The position numbers and the translations under genes are program-made. The notes under the pieces were generated by a model. That model worked only from the letters and a program-made list of their open reading frames with translations. It made no database searches and was not told the origin of the DNA. Positions 1 through 14,075 of a stretch of DNA of 64,000 nt are shown piece by piece; the first letter of the stretch is position 1; each line of letters opens with the position of its first letter. Origin of the DNA: Eledone cirrhosa (lineage: Eukaryota); contig OZ024741.1 in the NCBI GenBank assembly GCA_964016885.1, forward strand, positions 231,880,001-231,944,000, in the 5' to 3' direction.

Positions 1-440
1 GAACAAAATAATCCCTTAGTTTCATCATTAAATAGTTTTGCACAACAATGCTTACATACTACTGACATTCTTCCTCCATTTGATGGATTATCAGAATTTT
101 TACATGAATCATATTCAAATGCGGCATTTGTAAATGATTCAACAGAACTACGTAGTTCAGCATACCTAGATCATTTTACTTGAGTTACAATTTCTTGTTC
201 CTCCCTAGTCTGAGAATGTCTTACTTCATTGTGAGAAACTCCATTTTTCTGTCTTAATTCATCTCCTCGTTTTTCGGTCAAATTTCGTCTCAACTCTTTG
301 TGAGTTAATCTGTTATATTCTCTTATTTCACTTCTCCTTTGAATTGAGAGACTTTCCTGTCTTTGTCTTTGATACTCTCAATTGTTTTATCTCAGAATTT
401 CTTTCTCTTCTTCATTCATTTCTTTCGGCGCTTTCTTTCT
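1..440 (-). mobile_element. Helitron Rep/helicase N-terminal fragment (degenerate, runs off window edge)
   Basis: Minus-strand translation gives a charged R/E-rich stretch followed by AAFEYD...GRMSVVCKHCCAKLFNDETKGLFC. This fits the Helitron N-terminal GxMxxxCxxCxAxxFxxExxGxCC zinc motif. In-frame stops present. Confidence 0.7.
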
Positions 441-534
441 GTGCTATTTGAAATTTGCCTTACAACATTAATATTATTGTTGTTTAAGTTAGTAGTTGCA
501 TGGAAATAGTTTTCATTAAATGCACTGTAAAGGG

Positions 535-720
535 CAGTGGATTGGCAGTATCGGTAGATGGTCGGACGCCATGCTTTGCAGAGTTACGGCCATTTATGGT
601 CTGAGTTTAAATCCCGCCAAGGTTAACTTTGCCTTTCATCCTTACGGGGTCGATAAAATTAAGTAGCAGTAATACACTGGGATAATTGCTGGCCTTGTGC
701 CAAAAGTAGAAAGAATTATT
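535..720 (+). mobile_element. tRNA-derived SINE (family repeated throughout window)
   Basis: A-box-like TGGCAGTATCGG, B-box-like GAGTT(C/T)AAATCC, core GCCTTTCATCCTTACGGGGTCGATAAAAT and tail GGCCTTGTGCCAAAAGTAGAAA-ATTATT. At least 8 copies in the window. Confidence 0.85.
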
Positions 721-1020
721 ATGCAGTGTATTAATATTGATTTCGTAATTTTCTGAAGTCACGCTGTTGTTAAATGAATTTGTGTCGTTTTTTCCAGGGC
801 GAAATATATGGATGACAAGAAGTGTAAGATGAAATAAGAAAAGTTTGGAAAAGAAAGAACGATATCTACAGATACGTTCACTCATAGCAAACTTTCGCCA
901 GCAGACCAGAATTACTTGACTGTGTATGTGTAGGTTTCTGTGAGTGTGTGCGTATGCGTGTCAGCGTCATAATATACAGCCAATCATGTAATTCCCAACC
1001 CTAGGCAAACATACAGCCTT

Positions 1021-2548
<1,528 letters not shown>

Positions 2549-2794
2549 TATATATATATATATATATATCCCCTCTCTCTCTCTCTCTCCCTCTCGTTCT
2601 TTCTCTCTATGTCTCTCTCTCTCCCTCTCTTTTTCTCTCTCTCGTTTTATTTCTCCCCCCTCTCTCTCACACCCACACATACATATCTCACTTTCGCGGT
2701 GTTGGTGGGAGCGTGTCGTGGTAGCAATAAGATTAGATACAACAGTGACAGTAGCAGTAGGTGTGTGACGCTGCAGAAAGTTTTGAGATAGATA

Positions 2795-3835
2795 AATTTC
2801 TTTATTAGCCACAAGGGCACAAAAGAAGGGGACAAATACAAATGGGGAGTTTACATACAGGTATATATAACTGTTAAAAAAATAACAAATAACAATTGAA
2901 ATCCCCAATAGGGGGAGGCGTTACACAGGGGTTTTACACACCGCGAAAAAATGTACAGTCCTCATCTCCAGGAGGACCAAGAGTGGGTACTCCTTTCCTC
3001 TCTTCCTCTTTTTCCTCAACCTACAGGCTTATATAGAGACAAGGCCCAACCACTCGGGCCATCTTTGCCACATTCACCCACCTTTTATAAAATGTGTTGG
3101 AGTACAGCACTTCTCTTTCCATCCTGATTCTTCTTCCAAAATAATATTTGTAAAAACGAATCAGTTGTTCGCCGGAGAGAAGGGTGTCTGACGTCAGTCC
3201 TTTTAATCTCGCCCACCAAATAACCTCCTTCACCATAGCCATAACACATAGGAAAACCGCCTCTCCTTTGTTTTTGAAGGAGGGTGGCGGTTTGATCATG
3301 ACAATGGACTCGGTGGGCAACTGGATTGGTCCCACCCGCGACAAAAGTGGTTCTACATAGCCCCACAGGTCGGTAACGCCCGGGCAGTGTACAAATGCGT
3401 GCGCGATGCATCTCTGACAGATCTTTTTCGAAGGGTACCTGCCCGGGCGCCCATGTCTGTAGAGCTTATCTCGAACTGGTAGAGCTCTCGGTAGCACTGC
3501 CTGGCCAGGGACTTTTGGAAGTTGTCCATCGGTCCCGAGCGGAATGTCCTACCGAACAGACTGGCCAGTTCGTCCTCCTCTGCGCATAGAGTTTCTCCGA
3601 GCGCGCCGTCGCGCTTGCTGCGGACCAACCCTCTATAGAATGACGAAGTGGAGTCTCCACTGATCGCTAAGTCCGTTTACCAGAGGACTGTGAGCGCCTG
3701 AGCACATTCGATGTGCCAGTCGACCATTTTCCTCGGTCTTTGCATGATCCAGGACTCCAGCTCGGTCAGCAATACGAATCGTTGGAAGGCACGTCTCACT
3801 AATGCGGCCCACACCGGTTGTCCGGTAAGGAATAC
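2795..3835 (-). mobile_element. Tx1-clade non-LTR retrotransposon, 3' fragment
   Basis: ALPVRDKLYRHG...CQRC...HAFVHC C-terminal zinc-finger region. 3' end CCCTTGTGGCTAATAAAGAAA is shared with other copies. Confidence 0.8.
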
Positions 3836-3837
3836 GT

Positions 3838-3875
3838 TTTGAGATAGATATATAGATAGATAGATAGATAGATAT

Positions 3876-3915
<40 letters not shown>

Positions 3916-3932
3916 GTAGGTAGGCAGGTAGG

Positions 3933-3965
<33 letters not shown>

Positions 3966-3995
3966 AGATGGATATGTAGGTAGGCAGGTAGGTAG
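3838..3995. repeat. (GATA)n/(GGTA)n/(TA)n microsatellite
   Basis: Direct reading. Confidence 0.9.
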
Positions 3996-4344
3996 ATGTG
4001 TGTGATCGTAATAATTATTTATATCAAAACAGGCAGAATATGGATGGTAATTCAAGTTAATACACTTCTCACTGGTATCTAATGGTTACCGTATTTGAAT
4101 GCATATGTAATAACTATTTTAGTAAGTATCTCTATATATATAAATGTAAATGCGCGTGTGTTTGTAATTCGATTTTCTATATCTTACTAAATAAAAATAT
4201 ACAATCATACGTTAATTCAAATATTTCATGTAAAGGACAATGGACCTGTCAAGACAGAAATATAACCATACTGTTTTCAAAATAATTGGGCAACTTTAAT
4301 TAGATTTTCAGTACCCACCATGTAGTTTCCAGTTGTTGACTTCC

Positions 4345-5800
4345 TGTTTCTTCTACAACAACTACAACGGTACGCGATGGTGCCCACCCAGAGCCCCGGC
4401 GGACAGAATGGAGAAGGCGTTTCCCTGGAGGACGGCAAGGGAGACGCGCTGGAAAATCCTTCAACTACAGGGGGATCTCACTGATGTCACTTGTGCCAAA
4501 TACCCTCAACAGGATGATTCGTAACAGGATCCAATCCGAGATGGAGAAGAAGCTCAGAGACAACCAGAACGGGAAGATCAACCACCAGTCAGATCCTGAT
4601 GCTGAGGAGGATATTAGAGAGTGCTAGAGCAAAGAGCCCTCCTGCAGTCATGGTTTTCATTGAGTCATGGTTTTCCTGCAGTCATGGTTTTCAGTGAAGG
4701 TCCACAGATTCAAAGGCGTTCCTAGAACGCCTTTTAATCTGTGGACCTTCACTGCCTGATGAAGAACTTACAGGCTTATGGAATCCCCAAGAAGATAGTG
4801 GACCTGATATCACTGCTTTACACTATCAGCAAAGTCCAAGTCATTACAACTGATAGGATAAGAGAGGTCTTTGTGATACTGGCTGGAGTGTTCCAGGGAG
4901 TTACATTGGCTCCTTACCTTTTTATCATCGCAGTTGTCTATTGTATGCGCCTTGCGCTGGAGAAACATTAGGTCTCTGGATTTACTGTAACACCGGCTCA
5001 GAGCAGCAGAGTTAAGGCGAAAAAGATATCGGATACTGAATTTGCCGACGACATAGTTCTGGTGACAAACACAATGAAGGAGGCAGAGGATTTGATGCAG
5101 GAGGTGGAGTCTGTGTCGATGAGTGTCGGGCTGAAAATGAATGAGATTAAGACGAATTATCTGGAAGAGAATATCAAGAAGCCAGAGAAGATTACTAATG
5201 TAGGCAGGAAGGCGCTAGAATTGTTTGAGGACTTCCTGTATTTGGGAGCAAAGATTGGGAATACGGAAGATTATGTGGTCGAGAGGAAGAGCAAAGCCTG
5301 GGCGGCGTGCCACAGATTCAGACGGTGTGGAGGTCTGACCTTCGTAAAGACCTGAAGATCCGTCTCTTTGTGGCTGTAGTGGACTCTGTGCTGCTGCACG
5401 TGTCTGAGACATGGACACTCACCAAGGAACTCACTCAGAAGGTGGATGTGTGCTACACGAGAATGCTGAGGATGGCTCTCAACATTAATCAGTATAGACT
5501 GAGGATAAAGAACTCAGAGCTGTATGGCAGCCTCCCAACAGTCAGTTGGAGAGTAGCCCAGAGGAGACTGAGGTTAGCTGGACAGGCTCACCGACATCCA
5601 AAGTTGACACTGCACTCAGTGCTCCTGTGGGAGCGACGGCATGGACACACTGGAAGAGGAAGACCGAAGTTAACAGATATTGATGCCCTAAGGACAGACA
5701 CTTGTCTATCGGAGAAGCAGGACATGGCAGCGATATTGAGGGACAGAGACCGCTGGAGAGAACCCATCCATGAATCTCGGGAATTTAACCCCCCCCCCCT
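4345..5800 (+). mobile_element. RTE-group LINE, 5'-truncated RT fragment
   Basis: GVFQGVTLAPYLFII, EFADDIVL, FLYLG, RRLRLAGQAHRHP and GRGRPKLT motifs with frameshifts. Ends in a C-run followed by (TA)n. Confidence 0.85.
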
Positions 5801-7164
5801 ATATATATATATATATATTCAATCAAATGTGAGAAAAAACATCCTCCTCCTGGGAAGGTGAATCCTACAAATGTCGATATTCCAAAAATGGAATGATGAA
5901 GGAGTTGAGAAAAAATCAAGCAACAGGATTGAATGAACCCTTCCCACAGTATGCTACTTAGGCACTCTTACACTGAATCCATATGTCACCTGGGTGTTAG
6001 AGGAGTAATATCAAAACTCACCCGCGATATATCACACCTTGACCAAATGATTACTCAATAGGTGTTTTCTGATGTCGTATCTATTACATAATAGATTCTA
6101 CTGAAATATATATAACAGTAACAATGTATTCAATAAAATGATGTAATATTAAAATACACTGATTTCTCCTTCATTGTTTTTCGTATATATTTATATATTC
6201 TATTACATGTTCCAACCGAAATGATGTGGCCATGATGAGACACAGCCATTGACATATATTATTTAAACCATTACAAACACCGAGAAACAAAAAGAATCAG
6301 TGTTATTAGGTTTACGCATTTGTTGAAAGAGAGTAAAAGAGAGGGACAAAATAAACATATTGGAGATCAGTGCTCCAAAAGGTGAGCACAGTTGTACATT
6401 AGAAAACAGTAAAGAAAATGAATAAGAGGGAGAAAGAGGAGGAAGATAAATGAAGAGAGAACTTCTCGAAAGACTGGAGTATTTAACAGTTAAAAATTAT
6501 CTGAAATCTAAGTCATCCGGTGGTGAATAGTGGCAGGCAAGAATTGTCGGTGTGTGAGGCGCTGAACTTTACATGGCTGAGGCTCTCAGGCAGCTACGCA
6601 ACCAACTTTTCTACCACCCCTACCCTCTGACCCTCCCACCTGATATCAGCAACAAGTTTCCTCCACCATCCAACACCTCGTCTCCTCCTCTCTCCTACCT
6701 CCCACCACCTCCCACCCCATCGTCTGCACCCCCCGCACCCCCACCATATTCATCCTCCCCAAAATCTCAGAACACAAAACCCCGGCCGCCCCATCGTTTC
6801 AACCTACAGCTACCCTACTGAACTAATCTCTGCCTTCCTCAATTCCATATTGCCCCCCACCCCCACCCTCATTGTCACCGCCCTCCGCTCCTACATTTCA
6901 AATACCAACTACGGCCTTAAACATTTATTTACACCGTCATCACCCACGGCGACGTCTTACGCGCCCACCAACACTAACTTGAAAACTGTTTTCTGTTATA
7001 TAAAAACTACAATAACAACAGAATAAATTCTCTTCTTAAAACACTGTGTTTCCTTCAAAATATACGCGACAAACAACTCACAGAAAATAGATTATTTTCC
7101 ACTAAACAAAAAACAAGCCGAACGCCTAAAACGCACATTAACAATTAATATGGAAATACATACG

Positions 7165-7405
7165 GTGGATTGGCAGTATCGGTGGAGGGTCGGACGCCAT
7201 GCTTTCCAGCATAGTTACGTCCCTTTACGATCCGAGTTCAAATCCCGCCGAGGTTGACTTTGCCTTTCATCCTTACGGGGTCGATAAAATAAAGTACCAG
7301 TAATGCACTGGGTAATTACTGGCCTTGTGCCTAAAGTAGAAACAATTATATTTATATAGCACTGGGTAATTGCTGGCCTTGTGCCTAAAGTAGAAACAAT
7401 TATTA
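7165..7405 (+). mobile_element. SINE copy with duplicated 3' tail
   Basis: Matches 535-720. The tail GCACTGGGTAATT.CTGGCCTTGTGCCTAAAGTAGAAACAATTAT is present twice. Confidence 0.85.
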
Positions 7406-7456
7406 TACATATAAATATATTATACACATATCCACTCACACATATACACATAAACT

Positions 7457-7497
<41 letters not shown>

Positions 7498-7519
7498 CTA
7501 TCTCACACATACGGCGGTG

Positions 7520-7579
<60 letters not shown>

Positions 7580-8464
7580 TATGCACACATACACATAAAC
7601 ATGTACACATATACCTGTATACCTACAGACACATTTATAAAAAAACATCTCTACATACATATATGTATACACATCTACTCAAGTGTTTAGTTCACATATA
7701 CATTGACGTGGGGAAGGGGAAATTAATCAAATGTTATTGTACCTCTGAGGCTTTTTCTTCTCTTCAGCGATCGAATGTTTGAAAGTACGGGTGTCATCAA
7801 TTATTTTTCTTTTTCAATATGAGATTTTTTTAAAGAAAAGAGAGGGGGAGAATTCCGTTGCTTGAAGATGGAATATCACTTTTTCCTGTTCAGTAGTGGT
7901 TTCTATTTTCTAATAAAGAATTCTTCTTTATATTTTCGGAAGTGTTCGTTGTCCGACCATATCTTAAATAAGGGGAAAATTGTGAAATTTCGCTTTCAGC
8001 ATGTTGCGAAGTGTTCACTGCATGTGGTGTTTCTGACAGAGGGGTCTCTAATTTGTTATTTGTGTACTCGAACTCTGTCATGTATGGGAAAGTCCAAATA
8101 AAATCCAAAACCAAACCCATAAGATACCCTCAAATTTGGGAATATGCAAAAACACAAGAAATGTAGAATTCTCACACTATAAACAAACATCAACCAGAAA
8201 TCGGAGAATCCCAAACACACAATTATACACAAACCAAACACTGAACACCAGAACCATATACAACTACTATCAAAACCCCAAGAACAATTACCAGCGGCAA
8301 AATCAAAGACATATGATGACCGAACGGAACAACAGAAGTACTAGACGCCCATATATCAACCTCTAAACAAAATACTACCGTTCAGAAAATTATCAACATG
8401 AAATGCCAGCGAACAGAACATTTCCCCACAACAGAAACACCGCCACCTCAAGTGGGAATTATTA

Positions 8465-8615
8465 TTTTTTGACGCATAGAGTTACGGCCCTTGCCATTCT
8501 GAATTCAAATCCTGCCGAGGTTAACTTTGCCTTTCATCCTTACGGCGTTGATAAAATAAAGTACCAGTAATACACTGGGTAATTGCTGGCCCTGTGCCAA
8601 AAGTAGAAACAATTA
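8465..8615 (+). mobile_element. 5'-truncated SINE inserted in the PLE
   Basis: SINE core and tail, flanked by duplicated ATTATTTTTT. Confidence 0.8.
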
Positions 8616-10914
8616 TTTTTTAGAATAAGGTGCCTCCCACCAAATGAAAGGAAAAAAGGAAAAAACACCACCCTTCAAGTGGCACCCGACGAGAAAACTC
8701 CAAAGGAACCAAAAATAATCCACATATCTGCAAAAAAACTAACACAACAGGAAATAAAATTGCTAGAAAATGGACTGAAATTCACACCCACTCCGAAAGC
8801 AGATCAAGCCGACCTTATAAATGCTACAGAAGATTTTTGTCAAATATTACGTCTAGGAGAATTCTTCCAGTGTATAGAATACGAGTAGGAATCACTAGTA
8901 AGAAACAAAAAGACCTTCAGGCCTCCGTTAAATAGAGACAAACAGCTGGAGGATTACATCACCTACCTCCTACGACAGCACAGTCAAATACTGCAGAGAC
9001 GAAACACAAACACAACATCCCTACAGACCAACTGCAAGCACTAAATAAACTATAAACATACTCCTCAATAATCATAAAAGAAGCGGACAAAGGTGGAGCA
9101 ATCGTCAAAAAACACTACAAGGATGTGGTCCTAGAACAGCTGAATACCGAGGACTTTTACAGAAAATCAGCAAAAACGAAGAAAGAATATCGATAATTAA
9201 AGTAGGAAAACTGACGACCAAGTACCAAAACAACCTCACACTAAAGGAAATCAATTACTTAACCAAATTCGAAATGAAAACCAGCAATTTCTATGGTTTA
9301 CCGAAGGTTCACAAATCCAGAGAAATCCAAAACAGTATAAAAGGCATCATATGTTGAAGTACCAAAACCGACAGATTTAGAATTACGCACAATTGTTGCC
9401 GGTCCAGCCTCAAGCACACAACATCTAAGCAACATATTAAACATCATACTGAAACCCTTATGTAAAAGAGTGCCAAGCTTTATCTGAGATGATATGCAAT
9501 TCCTTAACTATATCCCCCAGCAAGTACACCAAGAAACAATCTTAGTCAGCTATGACGTAACAAGCTTATATAATAACACCCTCCGCGACTTAGGAATTGA
9601 AGCTGTTGACTTCTGGATTACAAAACATCCAGACTATATTTCAGAGCGATTCCCCAAAAAATTTATTTTGGAAGGACACAAACTAGTACTGGAGAACAAC
9701 CACCTCCTTTTTGATAACAAATATATTTACAAATAAAAGAAACGGCTAATTGTACCAAAATGGCCCCAACATATGCAACACTCGGTATGAGCCACCTGGA
9801 GGCAAAATTATATTCCAAACTGCAGGAAACATTCCGTCATGACTTGACACCTGCATTAATCACAACTGGAAACGCTACCTAGACGACTGCTTCATCTTCT
9901 GGAATAGAAGCCAAGAAGACCTTCAAAGATTCTATTCCATCATAAACAATCTTCACGAAGAAATAAAATTCATCGTGGAATATAATAAAGAGGAACTACC
10001 GTTTCTGGATATCCTTATCATTAAGGAAGGGGAAAATATCAAAACGGACTTATTTTACAAACCAACAGAAACACACCAATACTTGAATTTCCGTTCAGCA
10101 CATCCATCACATACCAAAAGGAAAATTCCTTTTAACATGGCAAGAAGCATCTGCACCATAGTAACACATCCCACACTACAGGATAAAAGATTATATGAAT
10201 TAAAAGAATTCCTTAAGAGACAAGAATATCCGGTAAACCTCATCAACACAGCCATCTCCAAAGCCCAGAACATCCCAGTGTCAACATAGAAAAACAAAGC
10301 AACAAAATAGAATGGAAAAAACAGTTATTCCTTTTGTCATCACTCAAACTCCAAGGAATTTCAACATTGTAAAAGCCGCCAAACAATATCTCCCGATTCT
10401 CCAGCAGTCCCCTAAAATGAATGCACTCATGAAAGACGCACAAATAATATATAATAAACGCCAAGCACCCAACCTAAAGAAACTGCTTACCAACGCAAAA
10501 TGTACGTCTAATAATGACGCAATGCAAGTTAAGAAATTCGGGGACCCTCGATGCATAACCTGCGAACTCATTGAAGAGGGTGGACAAATCTCCTTTAAAA
10601 ACAACCAGTCTTTCACAGTTAATGCAAACATGAATTGCAAAACAAAAAACTTGATTTAATGTGCAACTTGCCAACAATGTAAAGAATACTACATTGGTGA
10701 AACCGGAATGGGTCTACATGACAGAGTTAAACAAAAAATTAGAGACCCCTCTGTCAGAAACACAACATGCAGTGAACACTTCGCAACGTGCAGGAAGCGA
10801 AATTTCACAATTTTCCCCTTCTTTGAGATATGGTCGGACAACGAACACTTCCGAAAATATAAAGAAGAATTCTTTATTAGAAAATACAAACCACTACTGA
10901 ACACAAAAACGTGA
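8616..10914 (+). pseudogene. PLE reverse transcriptase / GIY-YIG endonuclease ORF (disrupted)
   Basis: GLKFTPTP, FYGLPKVHK, LVSYDVTSLY, MAPTYA, WKRYLDDCFIFW, LPFLDILI, KPTETHQYLNFRSAHP, PRCITC and NLI*CATCQQCKEYYIGETG. Several stops and frameshifts. Confidence 0.9.
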
Positions 10915-11319
10915 TATTCCATCTTCAAGCAACGGGATTATCCCCCTCTCTTTTCTTTAAAAAAATCTCGTATTGAAAAAGAAAAATAATTGATGACACC
11001 TGTACTTTCAAACATTCGAACGCTGAAGAGAAGAAAACCCCTTTGTGGTACAATAATATTTAAAACATGTCCCCTCCCCCACACCAATGTATATGTGAAA
11101 TTAAACACTTGTGTATTTTTATATATATGTCTGTACGTATAGAGGTATATGTGTACATGTTTATGTGTATGTGTGCATATGTGTGTGTGTGTGTATATAT
11201 ACATATATGTGTGTATGTATGCACGTGCGTATGTGTGAGATAGATATGTGTATATATATGTATGTGTATGTGTATATATATGTGTAAAATTCCTGAGATC
11301 CATGGACGAGTTCTCTCCA

Positions 11320-12075
11320 GCGTGGGTTTTGCCCGTGTAAAAAAGGTTATAACAAGAAGATATAAATTTCAAAGAATTCAAACAACAAAAATTCCCCAAT
11401 ATGGGGGAAACTTCCGAGGCTCACTGGTGGCGAAAACCACACAAAAGACCTCGGCCACCCTGACCTCCAGCGTAAGCGCCCTCTCTCAGTTTTCTACCCC
11501 TCAATCTAAAGGCGCATACTTAGAGTGGGCCCGGTCAAGCGCAGGACATATCCAGATGCTCGGCACCGCTCTCCAGGAATATGAAGCAGTGGCAGGAGCA
11601 AAGTTAAACCAGGAAACGTCGGTGGGCTTGTAGCTCGGCACATGGAGAGCCAAGTCCATGCAGCCAGAGAAGCGTCGTGGGGCGTTGGATGGAAGGACCG
11701 GTTAAATTGATCAGGGTATGGTTCGGTCCGGAACTCCAGATGGAGAAAAACTGGAGCGAGGTGACGAACAGAGTGGCCTCTCTCACCCAGAAATGGGCCG
11801 AGAGGAAGTTGTCCCTGAAAGGTCAGGCAGAGGTAGCGAATGCGTTCATCGCATCCGTCATCTGCTACCGCCTAACCGTTGTGCCTTGCCCCGGCCCAAC
11901 TCTGACAAAAATGAAGCGACTCCTCTTCCAATTTTTTGGAAGGGACCTGCTCCCGTGGTCAGACGATCCATTTGCTGTCAACACCCGTTGCGTGGAGGAC
12001 TGGGCATGCCGTGGCTGATGAGCGCAAACACGCGCTGAGTATGCGACATCTCTGGTGCTTCCTTGACGGTGCGAA
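11320..12075. mobile_element. Tx1 fragment with internal inversion (3'UTR on -, RT C-terminus on +)
   Basis: 11320-11533 matches the Tx1 3' region on the minus strand. 11534-12075 encodes WAERKLSLKGQAEVAN on the plus strand. Confidence 0.7.
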
Positions 12076-12194
12076 AATGAGGACACGCACACAGACACTT
12101 TCACTTTTATATATATGTATAGTTATACATACATATACAAACACATCTACACATATACATATATATAAATATACACATAAAAATATATATATCT

Positions 12195-12425
12195 ATCTAT
12201 GGCGGGTAAAATTCACGAGATCCATGGACGAGTTCTTTCCAGCAGTCTCTGTCGTTCATTATCGCTGCCATGTCCTGCGTCTCCAACAGACCAGTGTCTG
12301 TCCTTAGGGCATCAACATATTTTAACCTCGGTCTTCCTCTTCCAGTGTGTCCATGTAGGGGATTCCACATGAGCACTGAGTGCAGTGACAACTCTGGATG
12401 TCGGTGAGCATGTCCAATTCGTGAG
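12195..12425 (-). mobile_element. RTE-group LINE 3' fragment (same family as 4345-5800)
   Basis: GHAHRHPELSLHSVL...GRGRPRLKYVDALRTDTG. The 3' end abuts (TA)n. Confidence 0.8.
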
Positions 12426-13344
12426 TTTTTAACAGGCACTCACAAAGAAACATTTCTCATTGGAGGTGCTATTACCAATGGTCTGTCCTGTGCAACGCCG
12501 GGATACACTGCTAGTAGTACTATAAACGAACGGCAAAGTGTTGACAAAGTTATGACGGCTGTATAAAAATGTGCAGGGTGATCAAAATAGATTGAAACTA
12601 CAGAGTAAATAGATCTGCGACGAGGTGATGAAATCTGACCTTACACATTTGCATCTCTCTAAGACAATGTCATAGGATCGAGATCTTTGGAGCTATGCAG
12701 TAATACAGAAAACCCATCTTTCCTTGCGTACAGACTTTAACCTACACTCAGTACGCACCTCCTGATCCAATATACACTTCACACCCCATACAGCTTCCAC
12801 CCACCTCTACCCACGCCGCCTTTTCTTTATAAAGAAGTGTTGGTACACACTATATATGTGGTTGTCGTTAGGAAGTGCGTCGACTGGTAGTAAACCAGCC
12901 AGAAACGGTTCTATACGAGTAAGATACTGTCACCTAACCCAACCTGTTTCAAGTGGGACAAACCCGTGTGCCAATAACAGGTAGGATTCAACAGCAACCG
13001 CTACAAAATAAATCCCTTTTATTTCTGTAAACAATGAATATTTAGATAAATATTGATTCTGACAATATTTATTTTACATTCATTTTATTTCATATAATTT
13101 ACTTTTGCCTGCAGATATTGGGCTATTTAGATTGACAACACCTCAATTTGGGGGCCATTACGAGACTCCACTGTGTTGTAAATATTCGGAGTATGTCCTC
13201 CACGTAAAGGTACCTTTCTCCTACATAATTCCCCTCGCTCTGGGCTGCCACAAACACCATGAAAATGCATATGAGCACTACACACCACATACCGTCTAAA
13301 TGACTAAATAAATAAAAAAAATCAGATAATGGATGAATAAAGAA

Positions 13345-13522
13345 ATAATTGTTTTTACTTTTGGCACAAGGCCAGCAATTATCCCAGTGCATTACTGGTA
13401 CTTTATTTCATCGACCCCGTAAGGATGAAAGGCAAAGTTAACCTCAGCGGGATTTTAACTCAGACCGAAAACGGACGTAACACTATGCTGCAAAGCATGT
13501 CGCACGACTGTCTACCGATACT
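13345..13522 (-). mobile_element. SINE copy
   Basis: Reverse complement of the 535-720 family. Confidence 0.85.
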
Positions 13523-13733
13523 AAAAGAAAATATCGCCAAATGAATTCCAATCGTAAATATCTCGTGAATGATATACTAGAAGTTAATAAAATGGGAAAA
13601 CACGTCTCGTGACACTGAACGTGTACGATTGGTCCGTTGGCATCGTCATAATGATGAACGCCTTTCCAATAACAAGTTTCGGATAATAGAAAGTAGCTTT
13701 ATTTTATAACTTTCGATTTAAACCTTCCTTACA

Positions 13734-13797
13734 ATGCCAATCCTTTCTATTGCTGGAATTTTTATTTTATTAACATTGCAGTCAATTTTAGCCGACG
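13734..13797 (+). CDS. Putative first coding exon (signal peptide) of a host secreted/membrane protein
   Basis: ATG...MPILSIAGIFILLTLQSILAD with a hydrophobic core and ILA cleavage-like site, followed by consensus donor G|GTAAGT in phase 1. Confidence 0.6.
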
Positions 13798-13978
13798 GTA
13801 AGTAATAACGTCCTTGCTATATTATTTAAATAATGAATGTTTTGTTTGTCTGTCTGTCATGAAATACTTTACTCTCATTTTTATTAGATAAGTACAACGT
13901 GGGGAAAAATTTGGTAGAAGACAATAAATTCTACCATTGTATCGACTGAAACACCATCTAAGATCAACACTGTGTATG

Positions 13979-14067
<89 letters not shown>

Positions 14068-14075
<8 letters not shown>

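Larger units (their letters stand above)
7405..11285 (+). mobile_element. Penelope-like element (RT + GIY-YIG) with an inverted copy of its 3' end at the 5' side
   Basis: 7405-8084 is the reverse complement of ~10715-11285. The body carries PLE RT and GIY-YIG motifs, and both outer ends are TA-rich. Confidence 0.9.

Noticed and set aside
535-720. tRNA gene suggested by A/B-box-like motifs
   Set aside because: No cloverleaf; this is a multi-copy SINE head with a shared core and tail.
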